The translations under genes were made by a program, and so were the position numbers. A stretch of DNA of 64,000 nucleotides, from contig QPMI01000017.1 in NCBI GenBank assembly GCA_004431415.1, positions 744,001 through 808,000 on the forward strand, in the 5' to 3' direction. Below, in pieces: positions 43,949 through 55,860 of the stretch; the first letter of the stretch is position 1, and each line of letters begins with the position of its first letter. The notes beneath the pieces were generated by a model. That model searched no databases. It was not told the origin of the DNA and saw nothing but the letters and a program-made list of their open reading frames with translations. The DNA is from Cyanophora paradoxa CCMP329. Lineage: Eukaryota > Plantae > Glaucophyta.

Positions 43949-46656
43949 TCAAATCCGCCCTCGACACGGCCGCGAGATACACGGGCGGGACGCGGGGCGA
44001 GTGGGGGATCGGCCGCGGGTGCCTTTGCGGTTGCCGGTTGGGCCGCAGACGGACCGCCGTGCGCACGCCGCGGCGGCGCGGGGGCCCTGGCGGGCTCTAG
44101 GGCGCCTGGGTGTAGGGGGAGGGCGCGTAGAAGGTCTGCACGCGGCCGCCGCCCGAGCTCGGGCGGAAGTTGACGTCGGGGGCCTGCGCCCGCTCGCGCG
44201 CCGGGGACGTGAGCGGCGCGGGTCGGCACGCGGGGCGGGCGGGGAAGGCGTGCCTGGTAGTAGGAGGCCCGGCCGCCCACTCCCATGGCCGCGGCGTTGC
44301 CGTAGGCCTCCGCGCGGCTGGCGCCCCCGGCGGGGGCCCCCTTCGCGGGAAGCGGCGGGGCGAGCAGGCACTGGCGGAGGAACGGCTTGGTGAAGAACTT
44401 GCCTGCGGCGGGCCGGCGCGGGGCGGGTGAGCGCGGAGCGGGGGCGGATCGGAGGCGGGCGGGGGCGGTGCGGACCGGGGCCGGTGCCGTCGTCACTCGG
44501 CTGGTCGAGGAGGTTGATGAGGCGGACGAGCTCGCACTGGACCAGCACGAGGCGGGGCGCGCGCAGAGCCGCCTGCAGCTTCTTGTCCTCGCCCACCCAG
44601 GTCGGGTTCGACGCGCTGCGGGCCTCACTAAGATTATTTAGTCTTTTTAACCATATATCTACATCCAAGCGAACAAATGACAGATAAAAACGTTGTTTTT
44701 CTTCCGGCAATGTAGCCAAGAGCTCTTTAACTTTAGGGTATGCGAACATAATCGCTAAATAGAATGTTGTTTTAAAAGTTTCATCGTTGCATTAAGTAAC
44801 CAGACCATTATTTGAATTTAATTTAGATATTCAACATGAACAATAGCGATAATAATTAAAAAAACATTCCATCATTATATAGGTTGGCAATTCCCTCCAT
44901 ACTAGTGGTTGCAGGGGCCCGGATCGGATGAGAGGCGCGCGCGCGGGGATGCCGGCGCCGCGCACCTGGCGACCTGGAGGAGGCCCTGGCGGGCCTTCTC
45001 GAACCAGCGGGCCCTGCGTGGGTCCTCCAGCACGCGGTCGCAGAACTCTGTGTAGGGGATGACCGTGTAGCGCCCGAGCAGGGTGCCCGAGGGCGAGGCC
45101 GGGGCGGCCATCGCCGCCCCCGCCGCGCCGCCCTCGCGGTGGTCCACGAGGTCGATGACGAGCTCGGCCATGGCGACCTGGTCGCCCTTGTAGAGCTGCA
45201 GGACGCCGCGCGCCGCCGCCGCCCGCTCGTCCAGCGCCGCAGCCAGGAACCGCTCCGAGTACGCCGAGTCGATCCGCAGCGCCAGGCTGCGCGGGGCGCG
45301 TCACGGCCGGCGCCGGCCGGCAGCGGGCGTGCCCGCACCGCGCGTTCTTCTCGCGGTTCTCGCTTTCCTCCTTGGGGCTCTGCTTGTCCGCGTCCTTGCT
45401 GCTGAAGGCTTCAACGATGCCGGTCCAGCGCCTCTGGTCGGAGGGGTCCAGGGACCAGGCGCCGATGATCTGCGGGGCGCGGCGCGGCGAGTTGAGGCGG
45501 CGCCGGCGCGGGCGCCGGCCGAGCCGGGGCGCGCACGTCCTCCTGGGCCTCGCGCAGCATGCGGATCTCGCTCCCCGACTCGGCGGCCTCCTTCGCGTCC
45601 CGCCTGCCGCAGGCACCCCCGGCGCTCGGCGCCCCGCGCTCGGGCCGGGCCGGCGCGGAACGCACTCCTTGCTGCTGCCGATGCCGAAGATGCTGCCGAT
45701 CTTCTGGAGAACCGTCTTGCTCTTGTACACCTGCATGTCCTCCAGGAAGCTCACCTGACCTCAAGTCAGCGGCGCGGCGGCGGCGGCGCGGGGCGGGCGC
45801 GCCTCGCGGCGGATGATCTCGGTCCACCCGAAGAACGCAGCGATAAGGTAGAGCGTGTGGTTGATCGCGTCTGCGTGGGAAGGGGCGGGGCGGGGAGGGG
45901 CGGGGCGCCGGCCTCAGGCGCGGACGGGCGGCAGTGGCGTCTCCCGGAGCAGGGCGTGCTCACAGTACTGCGGGGAAGCCTCTCAGCACGCGAGCGCGCA
46001 AGAGTCGAGCGCAGCAGAAGCGACGCACGTCGTCCTCCACGGGGCGGACATCGACCCCGCTCTTGGAGAGGGAGGCGCCCCCGGAGAAGAAGCCCGAGCC
46101 CGAGGCCGCGTCGCGGCCGCCGCCCATCCGGCGCGCCTCGTCCGCCTGCCTCTTGAACTTGTTCAGCACTGTGGCGCGCGCGGCGCGTCAGGCGGGAAGG
46201 GCAGGGGCGTCCGCGGCCGGGCGGGGCGGGGCGACGCACTGTGGCTAGGACCGGCGACCTGGGTGAGACGGGACTGAAGCTCGAACGCCGCCTGGGCCAG
46301 GGGGCCCTTGTAGCTGCGCGAGCGGGGGGGCGCGCTCAGCTGGGCCGGCCGGCGGCGCCGCGGGGCAGACGCGGCTGCCGCTCACCGGTCCATCATCTGC
46401 TTCCGCTGCATCCATTCCTCCTTCTCGCGCTTCTGCTCCTCGACAGCCGCCGTGAGGATTTGCTGCGCAGCGGGAGGTGAGGCCAGGGATCGAACGTAAC
46501 GGGGCGGCACGGGTTCGAGAGCGTCAGCGACGCCAGCTGCAGCCTAGCATGCGGCAGTTTCGCCTCCTCTCGCAGAGACGACGCGGCATCGATGTCGGCG
46601 GCAGACTCGAATGAATGCGCATTTGCGACTTGCGACACGAGACTGCCCATCGCCAT
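43949..46656 (-). CDS. Unidentified multi-exon host gene, copy A; boundaries approximate
   Basis: Exons EQKREKEEWMQRKQ, LNKFKRQADEARR, SFLEDMQVYKSKTVLQKIGSIFGIG, AELVIDLVDH, LVQCELVRLINLLD. Confidence 0.6.
44625..44914 (-). other. 290-bp AT-rich insertion, probable NUMT with cox2-like 5' fragment
   Basis: Absent from copy B; flanked by GGGCC direct repeats; minus strand reads PATTSMEGIANLYNDGMFF, resembling the COX2 N-terminus. Confidence 0.65.
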
Positions 46657-47590
46657 CCGCGGCAGTACTAGTGCCGCCCCGTGCGAGGCTGGCGAACCTG
46701 CTTGATGGTTGTGAAAACAGTGAAAAGGCCTGTCGCACGGTTCAATCAGTTCGTGTAACTGCCGTCGGGCATCGTTCGACGAAGGTCGGCGTTACGACGG
46801 CGCACCGCTCAGGACACTGATGATCAGAGCAATCCAGATGCTGGCGTCGGCCTCCATCTGATCTCGCGTGTTCGTGAGACTGGATCCTAGGCCTAGGGCA
46901 ATTGTCACAATCACCTTGGAATCCGCCATTTGAGCTAGCCCAGGACGACGTCGACGTCACTCGGGAGTCGGGACTCGGGACTCGGGACCGGAGGCCCGCG
47001 AGAAGCTGGTGCGGTACCGAAAGAAACTCTCAAGCTCAGCGGAGACTCATCCCCGGGCCGGGTAATTCCCCCCCCCCGGGGGGACCGCAATTACTTGGTA
47101 TACGTAACGAATACTAGCGAATTAGTAGCGATAGCCAGTTGTTGAAGGCGTTCAGCGGGCACGCCAGCAGCTAGCGCGATGGGAGACAGCGAGAATCAAA
47201 TCTTAAATGCGTCGTTCCGCCCGCGTGTGAGCTGCCCGGCCCCCGGCGCCGCCCTCGCCATCCGCGCCTCCGACGGCCGGCGCGCCCCGCCCCGCCCCGC
47301 CCCTCCATTCAAGCTCGGCCCCTCACGGATTCGAGCTCGCCAGGTGGCGGCACGTCTCCGCAGAGGAGGCGGCGGTGCTGCCCCTCGCCTGCCGCGCGGC
47401 CGGCGATGGCGGCTGGGCCCTCGCGCCCCGGGCCGCCGGCTGCCCCGAGGGCCACGGGCCGGGCGCGGCCCGCACGGGCCACGAGATCCGGGGCCTGCGC
47501 GCCGCCCTCGCCGCCGCTGGCCTCCCCCTCGCCGCCCTCGGGCCCCTTGATCATGACCTCCCCTGAGGCCCTCTGTCCAGTCCGAATTTA

Positions 47591-50045
47591 TCAAATCCGC
47601 CCTCGACACGGCCGCGAGGTACACGGGCGGGACGCGGGGCGAGTGGGGGATCGGCCGCGGGTGTCTTTGCGGTTGCCGGTTGGGCCGCAGACGGACCGCC
47701 GTGCGCGCGCCGCGGCGGCAAGCTCTAGGGCGCCTGGGTGTAGGGGGAGGGCGCGTAGAGGGTCTGCATGCGGCCGCCGCCCGGGCTCGGGCGGAAGTTG
47801 ACGTCGGGGGCCTGCGCCCGCTCGCGCGCCGGGGACGTGAGCGGCGCGGGTCGGCACGCGGGGCGGGCGGGGAAGGCGTGCCTGGTAGTACGAGGCCCGG
47901 CCGCCCACTCCCATGGCCGCGGCGTTGCCGTAGGCCTCCGCGCGGCTGGCGCCCCCGGCGGGGGCCCCCTTCGCGGGAAGCGGCGGGGCGAGCAGGCACT
48001 GGCGGAGGAACGGCTTGGTGAAGAACTTGCCTGCGGCGGGCCGGCGCGGGTGAGCGCGGAGCGGGGGCGGCGGCGGGCGGGGGCGGTGCGGACCGGGGCC
48101 GGTGCCGTCGTCACTCGGCTGGTCGAGGAGGTTGATGAGGCGGACGAGCTCGCACTGGACCAGCACGAGGCGGGGCGCGCGCAGAGCCGCCTGCAGCTTC
48201 TTGTCGTCGCCCGCCCAGGTCGGGTTCGACGCGCTGCGCGGCCCGGATCGGATCAGGCGCGCGCGCGGGGGAGGATGCCGGCGCCGCGCACCTGGCGACC
48301 TGGAGGAGGCCCTGGCGGGCCTTCTCGAACCAGCGGGCCCTGCGCGGGTCCTCCAGCACGCGGTCGCAGAACTCTGTGTACGGGATGACCGTGTAGCGCC
48401 CCAGCAGGGTGCCCGAGGGGGAGGCCGGGGCGGCCATCGCCGCCCCCGCCGCGCCGCCGTCGCGGTGGTCCACGAGGTCGATCACGAGCTCGGCCATAGC
48501 GACCTGGTCGCCCTTGTAGAGCTGCAGGATGCCGCGCGCCGCCGCCGCCCGCTCGTCCAGCGCCGCCGCCAGGAACCGCTCCGAGTACGCCGAGTCGATC
48601 CGCAGCGCCAGGCTGCGCGGGGCGCGTTACGGCCGGCGCCTGCGCCTGCGGGGGGCGGCGGCCGGGCCGCGCACCGCGCGTTCTTCTCGCGGGTCTCGCT
48701 CTCCTCCTTGGGGCTGCTCGAGCGCCTCAGGGCGCGCGGGGGCGGCGGCGGCGGCGCGGGGCGCACCCCGAGGGGCTCTGCTTGTCCGCGTCCTTGCTGC
48801 TGAAGGCTTCAACGATGCCGGTCCAGCGCCTCTGGTCGGAGGGGTCCAGGGACCAGGCGCCGATGATCTGCGGGGCGCGGCGCGGCGAGTCAGGACACTT
48901 GCCGGGGCGGGCGCCGGCCGGGCCGGGGCGCGCACGTCCTCCTGGGCCTCGCGGAGCATGCGGATCACGCGTCACGCCTGCCGCAGGCGCCCTCGGCGCT
49001 CGCGATCGGCGCCCCGCGCTCGGGCCGGGCCGGCGCGGAACGCACTTGTTGCTGCTGCCGATGCCGAAGATGCTGCCGATCTTCTGGAGAACCGTCTTGC
49101 TCTTGTACACCTGCATGTCCTCCAGGAAGCTCACCTGCCCTCTTGTCAGCGGCGCGGCGGCGGCGGCGCGGGGCGGGCGCGCCTCGCGGCGGATGATCTC
49201 GGCCCACCCGAAGAACGCAGCGATAAGGTAGAGGGTGTGGTTGATCGCGTCTGCGCGGGGCGGGGCGGGGCGCCGGCCTCAGGCGCGGACAGGCGGGAGT
49301 TGCGTCTACCAGAGCAGGGCGGGCTCACAGTACTGCGGTGAAGCCTCTCAGCACGCGAGCGCGCAAGAGTCGAGCGCAGCAGAAGCGACGCACGTCGTCC
49401 TCCACGGGGCGGACATCGAAGCCGCTCTTGGAGAGGGAGGCGCCCCCGGAGAAGAAGCCCGAGCCCGAGGCCGCGTCGCGGCCGCCGCCCGTCCGGCGCG
49501 CCTCGTCCGCCTGCCTCTTGAACTTGTTCAGCACTGCGGCGCGCGCGGCGCGTCATGATCAGGCGGGAAGGGCAGGGGCGTCCGCGGCCGGGCGGGGCGG
49601 GGCGATCGCGACGCACTGTGGCTAGGACCGGCGACCTGGGTGAGACGGGACTGAAGCTCGAACGCCGCCTGGGCCAGGGGGCCCTTGTAGCTGCGCGAGC
49701 GGGGGGGCGCGCTCAGCTCGGCCGGCCGGCGGCGCCGCGGGGCAGACTAGTACTGGGCTGCCGCTCACCGGTCCATCATCTGCTTCCGCTGCATCCATTC
49801 CTCCTTCTCGCGCTTCTGCTCCTCCACAGCCGCAGTGAGGAATTGCTGCGCAGCGGGAGGTGAGGCCAGGGATCGAACGTAATTATAACGGGGCGGCACG
49901 GGTTCGCGATCGAGAGCGTCAGCGACGCCAGCTGCAGCCTAGCATGCGGCAGTTTCGCCTCCTCTCGCCGAGACGACGCGGCATCGATGTCGGCGGCAGA
50001 CTCGCCGTACGCGTCGAATGAATGCGCATTTGCGACACGAGACAC
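47591..50045 (-). CDS. Unidentified multi-exon host gene, copy B; boundaries approximate
   Basis: Paralogue of 43949-46656 with the same exons. Confidence 0.55.
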
Positions 50046-50414
50046 CTCTCGCCTGCCGCGGCAGTGCCGCCCCGTGCGAGGCTGGCGAACCTGCTTGATG
50101 GTTGTGAAAACAGTGAAAAGGCCTGTCGCGCGGTTCGATTAGTCGCGGTTCGCGCATCGTTCGACGAGGGCCAGCGCACCGCTCAGGACACTGATAATCA
50201 GAGCAATCCAGATGCTGGCGTCGGCATCCATCTGATCTCGCGTGTGAGACTGAACGTCGCTGGGAGAAATGCGCGGTCCGACGACTCGGCGAAGAAGCGC
50301 GAGAAGCTTAAGCTTCCCACAGGCCTAGGCCTCGGGCAATTGCAACAATCACCTTGGAGTCCGACGTCGACGATCCGCCATTTGATTTGACGTACGCGTT
50401 CGCTAGCCGCTGAC

Positions 50415-50463
50415 ACCCGCTGTGAGGCTGGCTGAGCGGCGCTCAGCCAGCCTCACAGCGGGT
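50415..50463. repeat. 49-bp palindrome (perfect 24-bp arms) flanked by TGAC direct repeats
   Basis: tgac-acccgctgtgaggctggctgagcg-g-cgctcagccagcctcacagcgggt-tgac. Confidence 0.9.
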
Positions 50464-50621
50464 TGACGTACTACGGAGTCTACGGTACGCGTTACTCCGC
50501 CCAACTTATATTATTCGCGATCGGCCCGCGGGCCCGGGGAATCGGGAATATACTGTAATCGGCCCGGCGGGATTTGCCAACTTGGCAAGTTGGGAGTACC
50601 GTAGTACCGTAGTGCTACGTA

Positions 50622-50837
50622 CCGTGTAACACTTATTTACTGCGCCACATATTACTGCGTTCTAAAATTACTGCGCCACGAAATTACTGCGTTCCATCGG
50701 CCTCGGAAAATATTATACGGGGGTAATAGGCCAAAGGGGTGTTACTGCGCTACCAAATTACTGCGTTCTAAAATTTTTGAGCGCAGTAATATGGTAGCGC
50801 AGTAGTTATGTCAGCGCGGTAATTAAGTATTACACGG
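50622..50837. mobile_element. MITE with TA target duplication, Tc1/mariner-pogo-like ends
   Basis: TA-CCGTGTAACACTTA ... TAAGTATTACACGG-TA termini; internal TTACTGCG motifs that flip orientation near the right end; AT-rich, non-coding. Confidence 0.8.
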
Positions 50838-51312
50838 TAGTCAAATTGGGACCAGCCGCCGGCCCGCGCCGGGCCGCCGGGGCCGGATCCGGCCCGGCGG
50901 ATCGGACCGGATGACGGGACTCGGATCCCGGAGGCCCGGCTGGCCCACCGCCGCCCACGCGCGGCGTACGGCGCCGCGCGAGTCGCGGCGCGACTCGCGG
51001 CGCGACTCCGGCGTCACTCCGCGCGAGCCGATCGGAGGGATTCGAAAATTCGGAGCCTGATCCGACTCATCCGAGGCTCCGAGCTGAAAAAGTACCAAAA
51101 GGAACAGTTGAAGGAACTTGAAGCCCAGCTGTTTGACGGTTTGGACCCCCAGCAATCATATGATCATGCATGCGCAGCATGCGCAGCGCAGGTGATGTGA
51201 GGAACAAGGGGGGGGGAACAAGTCCGACTACTGAGGGCGTGTACCCAGCTGCAGCCGGCCGCAGCTCCTTCCGCCAGCCGCAGCTGCAGCGCGATCGGCA
51301 ATCGGGGACGCG

Positions 51313-52162
51313 ATGGCGGCGAGCGCATGCATGCGCTCAGTGATACGGGTCGCGTGCCTGGCGCTTCAGCTGCTGGCGGACCTGTGGACTGCGGCGCTCC
51401 GGCTATACTACGCGCGAAACATCGACGTTGTTCGACGCGCGCGCGAGCTGCGATTGAAAGTGCCGCGCCACATCGGGCTGCTCGCGCCGGGCGCCGGGCG
51501 CGACTCCCTGGGCGCCCTGGGTCGCCTGGCGGCGGAGTGCGCGCTGCTGGGATGCGGCTACGTCACGGTGTTCGACTCGGACGGCTCTCTCAAGGAGAAG
51601 CTGCGCGGGCTCGCGATGGAAACAGACGGCTTCCTGCAGCAGCGCGGCGCGCCGGCCCCGGAGCTCACATTCACCGACGGGCGCCAGTTCTTCGCTCTGC
51701 GGCGGAGCGGCGGCGCGGAAGAGCGCGCGGAGTGGGCCGAGGCAGACCCGGCGGGCCCGCCGGGCCCCGGCCGCTGCCTCGTCCGCGCGATTCGGTCCGG
51801 CGAGGGGCACGAGCAGCTGGCGGCTGAGGCGCGCGCGGCGGCGCGCGTCCGCCTCGCCGGCTCCCACGCGAACGGCACTGGGGCGGCCGTCAACAGCGCG
51901 CCCGTGCGCCTCGCCCCGCCCCGCCCGCCCGCCCCGCCCGCGCGAGCGACGCGAGCCCGACCGGTGGGCGCCGCAGGGCGGGGACTGGCCGGAGGCGGAC
52001 CTGGTGCTGCTGCTCGGGGGCACGCCCTCGGCGCGGGGCTTCCCGCCTCCGGCCCTCCGCTTCACGGAGCTCGCGTACTCGCCCAAGCACGGCCTCTCCA
52101 CCGCCGCCCTCCTCGCCGCCCTCCTGCGATTCTCCCGCACCACTCAGAACTACGGCACCTGA
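51313..52162 (+). CDS. NUS1: Dehydrodolichyl diphosphate synthase complex subunit NUS1/NgBR/LEW1-like
   Basis: VPRHIGLL, YVTVFDSDGSLK; after an intron (~51903-51976) WPEADLVLLLG..GFPP..LRFTEL and terminal QNYGT*. Confidence 0.85.
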
Positions 52163-52225
52163 TCATTCTGTCTACTGGTCCTCTACTCTACTGCTCCCTG
52201 TCTGTACAGCTACGGGGGGCGGGGA

Positions 52226-54360
52226 TCAGAGCGGGGGCTTGAAGCCGAGCGGGGGCGGGGGCGAGGAGGCGAGGGGCTCGGCGAGGGGCGGGAGGGGCGG
52301 GGAGGGCCCTATCTCCTCTGCGTGCTCGGCCTCGTCGGCGCTGAGCTGGTCGGCCCCGCCGCCGCCCGAGCTTGACGGGGCCCGCTCGCGGCCGCCCCAC
52401 TGCCCGGGCGCCTCGAGGGCGCGCGGCAGGCTGGGCGGCGTCGGCTGCAGGGGGTCCTCCTTGAACGCCGGCGGCCCCGGCGCCGCCGCCTCCGGCGCGA
52501 TCGGCGGCGCCGCGGAGGAGAGGGTGGGCATCAGGGGCGCGCCGGGGCCCCCGCCCCCGCCCCCCGCCGACCCCCGCTCCCTCTCCCTCTCCCTCTCCCT
52601 CTCCCTGTCAACTTGCCGGATGGAGACCGGGGGGGACGGGGTACCCCCCGCGCTCTGCCGAAGCCGCCAGACCTGCAAGGCGCCCTGTCAGGGCTGGGGA
52701 AGGGGGGGGGGGACAGAGCCGGGGGGGTATGGCGCGCCTTGATCGTTCGGTCGCGGCTGGCGGTTACGACGCGATCGTCGGTCGAGGACTCGCCCGGCGG
52801 GCACGAGATCGAGGTCACCTGAGGGGGGGAGAAGGCGCTCAGACGGGGGGACGGGGCGGAGGGAAGGGGCGGGGGGCACCAGCGCGTCGTGGGCGTGGGG
52901 CAGCGCGCACATCTGCCGCCCCGTCGCCGTCTCCCACAGCACCAGCCGACCCTCGGCGTCCCCTGGGGCCGGGCGCGTTCATAGGGATGGGAGGGGCGAG
53001 GGGGGTACGGAACGGGCACCGGAGACGAGGAGGCGGGAGCCGTGGAGGGAGGCGAGGGCGCGGACGGTGCGCGCGTGGCCCTTGAGCCGCGCCAGCATCG
53101 CCGGCGGCCTGTCCTTCCCCGGCGCGCTCGCCCCGGGCCGCTGCCGCAGTGCCCCGCGCGCTAAGGCAAGAGAGGGGCCTTGGGCTTGGGGCGGGGGGCA
53201 CCTGGCCCGGGTCGACGTCCCAGACGGCGAGGGAGCCGTCGAAGCCGCAGGAGAAGAGGTAGCGCCGCCGCGAGTCGTGCTCCAGGTCCTGCACGCTCCC
53301 CGCGTGCGCCTTCTGGATCGTGTGCACGTGCTGGGAGCGGCGGGGGGCGGGCGTGAGGGGCGCGGGCGGAGGGGCCCGGGGCCCGGGGGAGGGCGAGGGC
53401 GGGCACCCGGGGCGGGTTGAAGCGCGAGTCAAACATGTGGATGTTGCTGGCCGGGTGGAGGGGCGAGAGTCAGGGCGGGGCGGGGCGGGGCGGGGCGGGG
53501 CGGGGCGGGGGCGCTGGGCAGACCCCGAGTAGGTCCCTACGAAGATGCGGCGGGACGGTCCGTCGTAGCTGCGGCCGGCCGGGCACGAATGAGCGGCAGC
53601 GGCGGCGGCGGGGCGGGGCGGGCGGACGCGAGGGAAGCGATGCCGGCGCCCATGCCGAGCTGTCCCGAGTTGATGACCTGCAGGGCGCTAAGCAGAGGAG
53701 CTAGGAGAGCGAGTCTCCGAAGGCGGGGCGGGCGGGCGGGCGGGCGGGCCTGGCCGCGGGAGCAGGAGAAGAGGTTGACGGCGCGGTCGCGCCCGGCGGA
53801 GACGAGGACGTCGTCCTGCGCGTCGTAGCGCAGCGCCGTGACGCGCCCCGCGTGCGCCGCCACCGTCTCCACCAGCCGCGACGCCGTGAAGTCCCGGTTC
53901 ACCTGGAAGATCCGGATCTGCGGCGCGCCCCCGGTGGCTCAGCGGCGGCTCGGTTGAGGCGCGCAGCGGTGGCGCTCGGCCGCGGTGCGGCGCGCCTGGC
54001 CGGACTCGTGCCCTACGGCGAGCCAGCGGCGGCGGGGCTCCCAGGCGAGGCATCTGCCGGGGGGGGGCGTCGGCTCGGCGGCGGCGGCGCGCGGCCGCGG
54101 GGCGCGGCGGCGGGGCGAGCGGATGGCACTTGGGCGCCGCCGCGCAGAAGATGCGCATGTGCCGCGAGTAGCCGCTCGGCACCGTCGGGTCCTCCACCCA
54201 CGCCACCACGCAGCCCAGCGGCTCGGTCGGGCCCACGCCCTCCGTCTCCCACTGCGGAAGTGGGTTTCAGGGCGCCAGAGCCCAGCTGCAGGGCCGTGCA
54301 GGCAACGTGTCCGCACCGGCGCGGCCCAGTTCGTGCTGCACGCCGATCGATAGCGGTGAG
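52226..54360 (-). CDS. WD40-repeat protein (multi-exon; start uncertain)
   Basis: AHAGRVTALRYD..LVSAGRDRAV, AHAGSVQDL..LFSCGFDGSLAVWD, LKGHAR, VVTASRDRTIKVW. Confidence 0.85.
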
Positions 54361-54942
54361 CACGGGCGCGTCAGTGCGCCAGCGGGGGCGGCGGGTCGGG
54401 GCGCCGTGACAGAGCACGGGGTGGGGCGACGCACAAGAACGTCTCCAGCCGCGAGCTGCCCGGGAGCCGCGCGCACGGTGCGTCAGGAGCGACGGGCAAC
54501 AGGGAGAGGCGCCGCGGCCGCTTGGACTGTACCTGACGCTGCCGTCCTCTGCAGGCAGAGTCAGCGCGGGCGCGCCGAGTACGGTACAGATGGAGTGAAA
54601 ACGCTCACCGTACGCCGCAATGATCACGCGGAAAGGTGCATCGCCTCCGTGTGAGCCTGTCCCCGTTTGCGGTGGCGGCGGTATGTAGAGCACCGCGGCG
54701 ACCCTGCGCCGTCGTCATGTTCGGTACGTCACAGCGGCGCGGCGTACGCGATGTTTCTCACGCGGGATAGGGCGCGAAGGCGCGTGTGTCCGAGCTCGGC
54801 GACTGCAGGATCGTCTCGTCGGACAGCGTGTTGGAGAGCTCGAGCTGCGCGTTGACCGCCGGCATGGTCGCGGCGCTCCTTACACCTTGCTCAGCGCAGC
54901 GAGCCGGCCTCAATTGCGTCTGTACCCCGACCAGGCGCTTCC

Positions 54943-55780
54943 TTGCCGCCCCGCAAGCGATCGAGCGTGCGTACATCACTCCGGATGCAGCTAGAGCCAC
55001 TGAAGCCCTTCGAGCCGTCGGCGAGGCGGGCGAGGTTCTTCGCAGCGGCGGGCGAACGCCAGAACGCAGCTGACGCGCGGGCGAGCGTCAGCCGCGCGTC
55101 CCGGCGCATCGACGTCGCGTTTATGCTCCAGCGAACGGGCGACGTCGTGCCGCTCGTGGACATCCGGCCGCCGATCGAGCTCCCGAGCATCGAGCTCCCG
55201 CAGGTCCACGTGCCCGCTCTGTCGGAGGTGCTCCCGCATGAAGTACAGCTGATGCGGAATGGCACCTGGAGCCCGCCCAAAGTCGAGCTGCCTTTCCTCA
55301 ACGACATCCGCGCGGCGCTGGGGAGGCCCTTCAACGACCTGGTCGCTTTCGCTGACAAGAGCAAGCTGTGCGCGCGCCGCAGCGGCGTGCTCCGTGTTAA
55401 AGCGCTCACGTATCTTGCTGGCGCCGCAGAATAGGGATCGCCTCCGTCATCCTACTCGCCGTCAACGCTGGCGCGCGCATTCTTGAGTGGTGCGCAGCAA
55501 GCTCGCGATCCTTCGGCGTCTTCGAAGCTGAGCTCCCTGCGTGCAGGCAGGAGCTGAGGAAGCACAACGAGATCCTCTCGTACCAGGCGCAGGCCATCGG
55601 GGCCCTCATAGAGCGCCTGGACGCCACGATCAAGGGCGCCGCGGGGATCACAGCCGACGGGCCCCCGCCGGGGCCGCTCTCCCTGCACACGGCCCCCGCC
55701 CCCGCCGGCGCCGGCGCGGATCGGGGCGCCCCCGGCCGGAGCACCCCCTTCGACGCGAGCGACGCCGCGCTCTTCTGAGC
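54943..55780 (+). CDS. Possible small host gene, unidentified
   Basis: Coding-like stretches (DIRPPIELPSIELP; QELRKHNEILSYQAQAIGALIERLD) separated by intron-like segments. Confidence 0.3.
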
Positions 55781-55860
55781 GCGCGGAGCTAGACGACACT
55801 AGCAGCAGCCCAACGTAGCCGATCAAATGAAATTTAAAAGCGCCAACAGCTGGGGCATTG

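Larger units (their letters stand above)
43592..50384. repeat. Diverged direct segmental duplication (43592-~46933 and 47234-~50384)
   Basis: Colinear near-identical sequence covering the PI-PLC 3' end and a minus-strand gene; differs by SNPs, small indels and a 290-bp insert. Confidence 0.95.

Noticed and set aside
43949-44749. 266-aa ORF starting MFAYPKVKELL as a real gene
   Set aside because: Chance fusion of the AT-rich insert with downstream exon and intron sequence; absent from copy B.
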